Below are positions 51,294 to 61,566 of a stretch of 63,925 nt of DNA, one piece after another. The stretch spans positions 81,282,076 through 81,346,000 of the forward strand of contig OZ296649.1 of NCBI GenBank assembly GCA_965655095.1, given 5' to 3'. A model generated the notes under the pieces. The model saw nothing but the letters and a program-made list of their open reading frames with translations, searched no databases and was not told the DNA's origin. The position numbers and the translations under genes are program-made. The first letter of the stretch is position 1. The number at the start of each line of letters is the position of its first letter. Origin of the DNA: Haplodiscus bocki. Its lineage: Eukaryota.

Positions 51294-54200
51294 ATGCCCT
51301 CCCCCAATCTCAGCGAAAAGGTAACTACACAACTTAATCTTGCGCGCCACAAAAAGCGATGTTCCGCTGGATCCTTATATGTTCTTTTTGTACCAAATTT
51401 TCGACTTAGTCCTGAGTTGATTGATTTTTCACATTGCCAAGAAACTCTCCAAGCATCTGCTGGGGTCGTTCATAAGTGATAAATATGTGGCAAAGACTGC
51501 CACAGCTTTTACTTGATGCGAGAACATAGGCGGAAGGAACATGGACCACAGAGAGGTTCAAGAGCTCAAAGCGTCGATGTTGCACAACCAATGGGAGATG
51601 TTGATGATAAAAGCCTGAAAGAGGAGCTAGAAATGTTCAAACAATCTTTGGTGGTCACTGAGATGGAGGATGAGAGACACAGAGTCTACAACTTTGTCAT
51701 GGATACTCTGGACCCAAAATATTTGATGGAAAAAATAAATGTTTTGTTTCACAGTCTCAAAAGGGTAGCTAAGCTGAAGGAACCATTCGACTTTGTGCTA
51801 AAAAACGTAGAAGACGGAAGTTATGGGTAAAAGTATGCACACGAAAATATTACACTATTGGAGAGATCTAAACTTGTGACTACCACAGAGGACTTGAAAA
51901 AAGTCAAGATTGTACCAAGTAGCACCGACGTCAGTGGATCGTGTACAAGAGAACGAGCCAACACAAAATGGAAGTTTCACAAGCTGACGAATGTTGCAAA
52001 TTTTGCAGCAACACTCAAAAATGTTCCCATGGGTTGTACGGATACTGTATTGCAAGATCCACTATTGAAAACTTATTCCTTCAAATGTTTAATATACAAG
52101 GAGAGTACTCGAAAACCGAACAATGACAATTTTTATCTTTTTAGAGCTCTGGCGTTGCATTTGCATGGAAATGAAAAACTCGAGGAGAAAAATTCTAAGT
52201 TATTGAATCTATTCCTCGAACTTTTTCGTGGAATTGATCTTGCAAACTTTTGAGGTGTTTGTATGGAAGATTTTGCAGCAGTCGAAGATATTGTTCAGGA
52301 AAGTATTTTCTTGTACGATATTGACATTGTAGACGGATCAACGTTTTGGGAGCTTGCCAGGAGGAGTGTTGGGCAACACTCTAATACTGTACAGCTATTA
52401 CGTTGTAATAGCTACATTTGCTATGTCTCCAATATCAACGCTCTCTTCAAAACCTAACAATGTCCATCGTGTGATCAATTTATCAAAAAGTTTCATGACC
52501 TAGAGCGACATTTAACCACTTGCAAAGAAACAGTTGAACATGTTTTTCCAAAAAAACGTGCATCAACTGCGGGAAACACTATTGGACAAACTAGACTCGT
52601 TCAATATCCCTTACTGCGATGACCAAAAGTTATTTAGAAACATAGCAATAATCGATTTTCATTCAATTTTTGTGTAAGAAGACGAATTTTGCGATACCGA
52701 TACCACAACTTGGATTGGCAAGCACGTTCGAATATGTATATCAATTTCGTCCAAGTTGATTGGAGAACCAACTTTTTTATGCAATTCCAAGCGCGGAATT
52801 TTGCTTTAGTCATTGATGCTCTTGGTTGTTTAGCATCAGAGAGCAAATTAAATTAGGTTTTTTCTAGAGATTGAGACAAGTGTGAAGAGTAAACTTAATC
52901 AAATTCTCTCCAATCTCAATCAACGTCGCTGTCGCAAGGAACCAGAAATGGAATTTGAAGATGAGTGTATTGAAAAAAAAGACAAGGAGCAAAATGTGTC
53001 ACCACAGTATTTAGAAATACAAAAAAGTTAACATTTTGATTTGCAGGATCGCTTGGAAAGATATTGCATTGTTCTTCCAGTCTTTGGCTTCAACAGCGCA
53101 AAATAAGACAATAACTTAGTAAAGAGTTACTTGCTACCTCTCCTTGATAATGAAGGAGGATTGAACCAATAGTGGTTAAGATGGCTAATCGCTTTGTGTC
53201 TTTCAAGTTTGGAGATGTTCTGTTGCTAGATATAATAACTTCTCTCGGAGGAGCTACGAGCCTTGATTTTTTCTTGAAGTCCTACAAGACTTGAGAGACC
53301 AAATGTTATTTTCCATATGAACGGTCCGATGATCCAGAAAAGCTCAACATACGAAAATTTCCTCCATAAGAAAACTTCCTCCATACGAAAATTTCTATAG
53401 CAAACTGCGCACTAAAAATCTCCTCAAAAAACACTATTCAGACTTTCAAACTTTAATAGATGGGGTTTGACATCTAACCATTATCGATACTGAAATTGAA
53501 GCAACATTCTGCAACTGGACACAAAGACTATCAATATTTGAACAGTGTAGGGCAACAAGAAAAAGTTATGCGTACCTTCAAAGACTTTTTGCGCTGGTAT
53601 AACAGCAAGGACGTTGTTTTTACCATGGAAACTCTGCGAAAGATGGTTGATTTTTACCACAATCAAGGTTTTAACAGGTTAAAGCTTGGATGTATTTTGC
53701 CGGCTCTTGCAAATTTTTGTCTTCACAAGTCAGCTACTGCAAAGTTTTATCCCTTCGCGGAAAGCTGCAAAGAATTTTTTAGAGAAAATACGTGAAGACA
53801 CGATTGGTGGACCATCCATAGTATTTGCAAGGAAAGCTGTTGTGGACGAGACTTTTATTCGGGATTCGACAAACTGGTGCAAGCCGGAATTGATGCCAGT
53901 CAGCTTTATCCTTTACCTATGCGTCAAGCAATGCCAACTGGCCTTTACAAAAGATGGGAGCTAGATTGGGAGTCTAGCAAATTTAAAACGCGTCAAAAGA
54001 AGACGAGGAGTTTTGAAAACATGCTCATGTCATACTTTCAGCTAGTCAGACTACAGTGTAAAGTCGAAAGTTTCTACACGACGAGTACAAAGAAAAAAGT
54101 GATGCTTACAGTGTAAATGGCTTTTGTGGACACTGTAACACTGTGTCCAAAGCCATGGGACGTCATTATCAATATTGTCTAGGTCTGGAAACTCATCCTC

Positions 54201-55553
54201 CTCTAACTGGGAAAGAAATTGAGAGAGGCAACAAAAAGAGAGAGCTAGAGGATTTAAGAAAACAATACATACAAGCAAAGTATTGCGACGTCGTTGAAAT
54301 GAACGATTGTGATTGGTGGAAATTGACAAGAAAGATTTTTGAAAATTATCAAATCTGGAAGTCTTTTTAGTTATGTTCAATGTGATATTGAAGTACCCAA
54401 GAGTCTCCGAGAAGCTTTTGCTAACTTTCCACCCGTCTTCAGGTACATTAATGCTGGTAGAGACCACATTGGTCCCATTATGAAAGAATATGCCGCGAAA
54501 GAAGGACTTTTGATTGAACCTAGGAGAATGCAAATATCGAGCTATGTCTTGGAGAATGGAACAACCATTACACCGTTGGTGCTCTTTTTTCTGGACTTAG
54601 AAATGGTTTGCAAAGAAATTTATCGCTTTGTGCAATACACTCCAATGAAGTGCTTCAATACTTTTGTTCAATCGGCGACGAAAGCTAGAAGAGAGTTAGA
54701 CGAGATTCGAAAAGCTAGTGTAGTGGCAGAGACATTGGAATTACTAGCAAATAGTTCTTATGGTTACCAGATTATAGATTGGAGCCGACATACATCAACA
54801 AATTACCTCAATGATGGAAGAACACATGGAGCCATTATTAAACCTTTGTTTAAACGTCTGTGTTCTTTGAACGATCAACTGTATGAAGTGGAGCTTGACA
54901 ATTCAGAAACTGAACACAGAAAACTGATACTTATTTGGTCTTTCATCCTGCAAGATGCAAAAGTGAGAACGCTAGGGCTGTATTGTAAATCCGTTGACAA
55001 CTATTGCGACGTTACAAAATTTGAAGAGTTAGAGATGCATTTAGATTCGCTCTATCTAGAATTATCCGAGCTTTTTTTTGATTGTATCCGACCAGCAATG
55101 AAAAAAGAATGGAACTCCCCGGGAACTGGAGATTGAACGGATGAGTTTTTAGCCGACTTAACAACATCTTTTTTCCCTCGTACTGGCTGCACTAAGCATC
55201 CGAAGTCTGATACACGGGAATTTGGCCTTTTCAAATAAGAATTCCGCTGCAAACATTGATTTTCCTGTGTAGCAAAACATAGTGCTGTTTTAATTCAAAT
55301 TCAAACAAATTAAAACTTAGCAGCAAAAGTTTGAATAAAAAACGCTTGAAGATTGTAGTAATGGCCTCATCTCCAATTATCGCAAACTTTTGGAAGATGT
55401 TGTTAATGTAACGTCAACAATTAGAGATTTTCGCACATTATAACATGCTGTTGCCACAAATGAGCAAACAACGAAGGGTTTGTCATACTTTTACTAAAAA
55501 CAAATGTTCAGCAAGACGGCAAACACACTCGCTCCTTTAATATAAAACTTTAG
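51294..55553 (+). pseudogene. polB: Full-length decayed protein-primed DNA polymerase B (family B) with N-terminal zinc fingers, OTU-like region, exonuclease, VSR-like insert and palm
   Basis: Exo motifs IIDFH (DFE), VFGFNSAK*D and YNSKDV; motif A GIDASQLYP; motif B ELLANSSYGYQIID; motif C MHLDSLY (DTDS). Clearly homologous to, but distinct from, 31019-32416. Many stops and frameshifts. Confidence 0.93.
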
Positions 55554-55680
55554 ACAGTGTAAGATAATGTTTCAATACTTGTGGTTGACAAATATTACAG
55601 GACTTTGTCGCCATTTGTACTCTCTAAAGAACTTTTTTAAAATTAAAATCTACCATAATGCATACAATTAAATCTGGAAT

Positions 55681-55730
55681 GTATCCGCAGGCGGAAACAT
55701 TAACCACAGGCGTCATAATTAGTCCGCGCC
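55681..55730 (+). other. Remnant of the Polinton terminal region, truncated at the GC hairpin
   Basis: GTATCCGCAGGCGGAAACATTAACCACAGGCGTCATAATTAGTCCGCGCC resembles the reverse complement of 17669-17715 (GTATCCGCAGGCGTAAAAAACCGCAGGCGTCAAAATTAGCCCGCCCC). Confidence 0.75.
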
Positions 55731-58700
55731 AATCTATACCAGGTGCCCGGAAATCATATGAACTGTCCGGAAACCACATCAGGTGGCCAGTAAACGTCTC
55801 AAGTGGCCCAAAGCTTTATCAGATGGCAAAAAATTATATCTGGTGACCATATTCAAAAAGTGATAGTCAAAACTTGTATCAATTTGTGAAAAAACAACTC
55901 AGGTGGACAGAATCCATATCAGGTGGCCAGGAAACAAAGCAGGTTGCCAGAATCTATAAAAGGTGCCCACAAAACATATGAAATGTCCGAAAATCATAGC
56001 AGGTGGCCAGTAAAGGTCTCCAGTGGTCCAAAACCAAAACAGGTGACTGAAACTCAAATCTGGTGAAGAGTTTTCAAAAAAGTAGTCAGAACCTACATCA
56101 GTTGCCAAAAACGCAAGTGAAGAGAAAGCATTTCAGGTGTCCAGAAAACATACAAGGTTGCCAGAACCTATACGAGGCGTCCAATAATTCTATTAGATGT
56201 CCGGAAACCGAAGCAGGTGCCCAGAAACCGTCTCAAGTGCCTCAAAACCATATCTGCTGCCAGGAAATCATACCTCGTAAACCGAATTGATAAAAGGTAG
56301 TCATAACTTTAATCAAACTGTCAAAAATTATATCATGTAGACAGAATTGAAAAAACTTTTCGGGGGGCAAGAAAACATAACAGGTCGCCAAAATCTAAAC
56401 CAGGTGCCGAGAAGACAAATGAGATGTCCAGAAACCATACCAGCAAGCCCGAAACCGTCTCAAGTGCACCAAAACCACATCAGGTTGCAAAAAAACATAT
56501 CTGGTGACGGGAATGTTAAAAAACTAGTCAGACCCTATATCAGCTTGTTTAAAAAACCAGGTGGACTGAAACCATAGCAGGTAAAGAGAAAACATACCAG
56601 ATTACCAGAAGCCACGCCAGGTGTCCAGAAATCATACGAGATGTCCAGAAACCATACCAGGAGCCCAGAAACTGTCTCAAGAGGCCTAAAGTTTTATCAA
56701 CTGGCAAGAAGTCACACCTGGTCACCAGATCTAATAGGCGATACTCATAATCTATATCAGGTTGTGAAAAATCATATCAGGTGGACAGAAAGCATATCAG
56801 GTGGCCAAAAAGCGTACCAGGTTGCCAAAATCTATACCATTTGCCAGAAAACGTCTAAGGTGGCCGGAAACCTTAAAAAGTGGCCACAAACAGTCTCAAG
56901 TGGTCCGAAAGCATATCAAATGCGCAGAAACCAAAGTAGGTGGACACAAACCATATCGAGTCACCAGTAAACTTATCAGGCAACCAAAAACTATATGACG
57001 CAACCAGATACAAAATCAGTTGGCCCAAAAATATATCAACTGTCCAGAAATTTTGTGATGTGGCCAGAAACTCTGTAAGGGGTCAAAAACCATATCACGA
57101 GTTTAGAAACTGTATCAGGTGACCACAAACTACTTCAAGAGGCCAAAATCTACGTCAGAAAGGCAGAAATTTTGTTTAAGCTGGTCAGAACCGATATCAG
57201 CTGGCTCAAAGACAGATTAGCTTTACAGACACCATATCAGGTGAAAAGAAACCACATTAGATGAACAAGGACCAAATTTCAGCTGCCAGAAAACAAATCA
57301 GGTCACCGGAATAAAAAGAGGAAGAGAACGTTGACAGTTGGTTAGAAAACTTATCAGCTGTCCATAAACTATATGAACTGGCCAAAAAACGTTTATTTTA
57401 GTCAGAACCAATATCAGGGGGCCATAAATTATAACAGGTGCTCAAAAACCATATCAGGCAAACCGAAACCAAATCAGGTGACAAAGAAAACATATCAGCC
57501 TTTCAGAAACCTTATCGCGTGACGAGAAACTATAGCAATTGGCCAGAATCCTTAAGAGGAAACTAGAAATAGTATAATATGGCGCGAAAGCAAATCAATT
57601 GGCTAAAAACCAAATCAAGTGACCAGAAAGAATTCAGGAAGTAAAAAAACAGTCGGCCAAATATTTCACTTGGTGACCAGAAACCATATCAGGTGAACAC
57701 GAACCAAGTCAGCTAACCACAAATTATATCAGCTGGCCAGGAAAACATCAGGAGCCCAAGACCTATATCAGTTGGCCAAACACCTCATCAGACGGCCAGA
57801 AAACAAATCTTACAGCCAGAAAACATATTAGGTTGCCAGAATGCAAATCAGGTGAGCAAAAACTATATAGGTTCACAGAAACCGCCTCAAGTGGCCTAAA
57901 ACCAAATCAGTTGGCAAGAAACAATAACTGGTGGCCAGAAAAAAAGGTAGTCAGAAACTATATCAGCTTGTTAATGAAACACATAAGTTTCACAGATAAG
58001 GTGTTTGGTGACCAGAAAACATACTTGTTACCAGAATGTTTATCAGGTGAGCAGAAACCATATAACATAAGTACGAACCATGTCATATTAGCACACACCA
58101 TATCAGCTGGCCAACGACAAACAAATCCTGCGGCCAGAAACTGAATCAACTGACGGGAAACCATATAAGCTGGCCAGAAGATCACCAGGAGCCCAAAAAT
58201 TATATTAGTTTACCAAAAACGTTTTCAGGAGGCCATAAAACATATCAGGCAGTCAAAAAGCATACCACGTTGCCAGATTTTGTATCATGTGAGCAGAAAC
58301 CATATCAGATGGCCAGAAATACACCAGGTTGCCAAAGTCTGTACTAGGAGCCCTCAAAACTTATGAGATGTCAAGAAACATTATCAGTTGGCCAGAAACC
58401 GCCTCAAGTGTCCTAAAATCTATATTCGCTAGCAAGAAATCAAATCTGCTGACCATAAATAATAAAGGGTAGTCTAAATTTTGATCAACTTTCAATAAAA
58501 CACATCAGGTTGACAGATACGATATCTGCTGACCAGAAAACATACCAGACTGCTAAAATGTCTATCAGGTGGGCAGAAACCGTATCAGTTGGACAAAAAC
58601 AAAATCAATTGACGAAAAACTATATCAAGACCAGGTTTCCCAAAAACATATGAGATGTCCTGAAAACAAATTAAGAAGCCAAAAACCGCCTCAAGTTGCT

Positions 58701-61290
58701 TGAAACCACTTTAGACGGCAAAAAGTTATATCTGGTGACCAGAATGAACTTGAGGTAGTCATATTTTTTATCAGCTGGCTTAAAACCATATCAGTTTGAC
58801 AGAAACCATATCAAATGGACAAAAGCCACAGAAGCGAACAGTAACCAGATCAGCTGGTCGGAAGCCAAACCAATTGGAAATAAACCATTTAACGTCACCT
58901 GAAAGCGTATCAGGGAACTAAAAATGACATGAAGTGTCCAAAAAACATATCAAGTGGCCCAAAACTATATCAACTGCCCAGAAACCGAATCATGTGGACG
59001 GAAACCATCTTAAATCAACAGGAGCTTTATCAGGAAACCAAAAACTACATGAAGCGCCCAGATCAGGTGGCGCGGGACAATATCATCTAGCTAGTGATCA
59101 TATGATGTGGCCAGGAACTATATCAGAAGGCCAGAAGCTATATCAAGAGGCCAGAAACCAGATCAGGTGACCAGAAATTATATCAGAAGGCCCAAATCCA
59201 CATCAGGCAGCCAAATACCTTATTTCAACTCGCCAGAAAACATATTGTGTCGTCGACAAAAATGGTTAAGAACTATAAGAGCTGGCTCGAAAATTTGTCA
59301 GCTGGCCAGAAACCATATATTTCAATCAAAAGCTTTATCACGCGGCCAGTATTCTTAACAGGTGACCAGATACCATATCAGCCAAAAAAAGCGAATACGG
59401 TAACAAGGAAACATATCAGTCCATCAGAAACCATATCAGGTGAGTAGAAACTACATCAACTGACCACAAACCATAAAAGCTGGCCAGAAAGAGTATCATG
59501 TGGCCCGAAAGCAAATCAATTGGCCAGAAATCAGTTTAGGTTGCCAGAAAGAAATCAGGCGAATACGGACCATGTCAGGTAAGCACAAACGATATCAGCC
59601 AGCCAGCAACAATATCGGCTGGCCAGAAACTTTTTTAACTGGCCAGAAACCATTTAGGCTGGCCAGAAAAAACATCAGGAACTCAAAAAACATATCAGTT
59701 GGCCGAAAAACATATCAGACTGCCGGAGAACCCATCAGGTTGCCAGAAGGTATATTAAGTGAGCAAAAATTACATCTGGTGGCCGAAAAACATACCAGGT
59801 TACCAGAATCTGTACCAAGTGTTCAGAAAACATATGAGACGTCCAGAAACCAACTTGTCAAAAAACATACCAGATGGACAGGTACCACATAAGGTGGCCA
59901 AAAAAGGTACCAGGTTGCCAGAATGTATATCAGGTGAGCATAAACCATATCAGCATGTCAAAAACAAAACCGGGTGGCCAAAAACAAAATCAATACCAGG
60001 TGTGTTTAAAACGTATGAGAAGACCAGAAACCTTACTAGGTGGACAGAAATTGTCTGAATTGTCCCAAGACCAATTCAGACGGCAAGACATAATTTCTTC
60101 TGGGACCAAGAAAAAAAAAGTAGTCAGAACCTATATCAGCTGGCATTTAACTATATCAGGTGGACAGACACCATATCGGAAGGACAAAAACCACTTGAGC
60201 GAAAACAAACCATATCAGCTGGCTGGAAACCAAACAATATGGCCAGAAACAATGTCAAGTCAACCCAAACTTTATCAGGAAACCAGAAACCATCTGAATT
60301 ACCTAGATACTATATAAGAAGGCCGGAGACTATGTGAACTGGCTAGAAACCATAATATGTGGCCAGAAACCATATCAAGAGGCCGGAAACTACATCGTGA
60401 GTGAAGAAATTGTTTGAAGTGACCAAAATACATATGGAGAGGCCAGAATCTACATCAAGTGGGCAGAAACTATCCTTCGCCTGGCCAGAAATCATATTTG
60501 GTCACCAGTAAAAAGTAAAGGACTTTTGCAGCAGGCCAAAATTTTTATCAGCTAGCTAGAAACTATATCAGGTGGCCAGAAAAAAATCGGGTACTCAATT
60601 TTCATGTCAGGTGGGCAAGCATCTTATTAGTGCCCAGAAAACATGCCAGGTAACCAGAAACCTTACCAGTTGGACAGAATGTATATCAGGTGGACAGAAA
60701 ACACAGCAGCTGGACAGAGACCATACCAAGTGACCGCAAACCATATCAATTGAACACGAACCATTATCAGCTGACCGCGAACCTTATCACCTAGGCAACA
60801 GCAAAATCGGGTGGCCAGAATCTACATCAACTGCCCAGAAACCATATAAATTGGCCGGAAAATATATAAAGAACTCAAAAAGTATATCGGTTCTTCAAAA
60901 AATTTATCAGGCGGCCAGACACCATATCAGGTAACCAAAGAAAACAAAAGCTACTCAAAAGGAATGTCAGATAGTCAAGCGTTTTACCAGATGGCGAGAA
61001 AGCAAACGATGTAGTCAGAAATTGTTCCAGGTTGCCACAATGTACGGCAGGTGGGTAGAAAACATATCAGGTGGACAGAAACCATATCAGGTGACCAGAA
61101 ACCATATCAGGTGAAAACGAACCATATCAGTCGACTGCAAACCTTATCAGCTGGCCAACAACAGAATCAGGTGGACAGAATTTTTATCAGCTGGCCAGAA
61201 ACTGTATCAGTTGGCCGAGAACGATATGACCTGGCCGAAAAAAGTTTCAGGGAGTCAAAAAACAAAAGAGATGGTGACAGATAATATCAA
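55731..61290 (+). repeat. Satellite array, right arm (same 20-bp family and orientation)
   Basis: For example 61071-61130 GTGGACAGAAACCATATCAG GTGACCAGAAACCATATCAG GTGAAAACGAACCATATCAG. HOR-like near 55.7-57 kb, mostly monomeric distally. Confidence 0.92.
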
Positions 61291-61318
61291 GTGGAAAGAT
61301 GGCCCAAGATGGTGGAAA

Positions 61319-61566
61319 GGGATTCAACAGGAAAACGTTATATCTACAACTTGGTGACTAAGGAAAGATATCGCGGTAAACCAAATCTACCAACGCTGTC
61401 TAAAACATTAGAAGCAATGAAGATTCATGCGAGTACAAATGGTGTCTCTACTATTGCAATACCCAAACTTGGTTGTGGCCTAGATCAATTGAATTAGCAA
61501 GAGGTTGTAAAGCTACACCGAGATATCTTCGCATATGTTGACGTACAAATTGTAGTCTACACTCTC
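61319..61566 (+). pseudogene. TARG1/OARD1 (Poa1p/DarG-class) macrodomain, C-terminal ~60%, in frame with the retrotransposon pol
   Basis: RYIYNLVTKERYRGKPNLPTLSKTLEAMKIHASTNGVSTIAIPKLGCGLDQLN*QEVVKLHRDIFAYVDVQIVVYTL parallels the OARD1 pattern RYIYYLITK..KPT...L.KSLEAMK.H...NGV..L.MPRIGCGLD.L.W..V....EVF....I.I.VYTL. A single TAG (61495-61497) replaces the conserved Trp. Confidence 0.88.

Larger units (their letters stand above)
30158..55730. mobile_element. Decayed composite Polinton/Maverick (adintovirus-like) region, partly duplicated
   Basis: Terminus at 30158 and 41351, pPolB fragments, integrase N-terminus, A32-like ATPase, DEDD-like ORF and a full-length decayed pPolB at 51294-55553. 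I did not recognise capsid or adenain-type protease genes. Confidence 0.88.

Noticed and set aside
30158-55730. An intact, potentially active Polinton/adintovirus
   Set aside because: Both polB genes have many stops, the ATPase Walker A is mutated, the integrase core is missing, I saw no capsid or protease gene, and the right terminus and TSD are absent.
11515-61290. Dozens of + strand ORFs with PETISGGQKPYQVARNHIRW-like repeats (superficially a repeat protein, or a zinc-finger linker 'KPYQ')
   Set aside because: The 20-bp consensus is stop-free in all three + frames, so it cycles through this 20-aa peptide automatically. Indels and stops are scattered with no frame preservation, and there are no Cys/His ligands.
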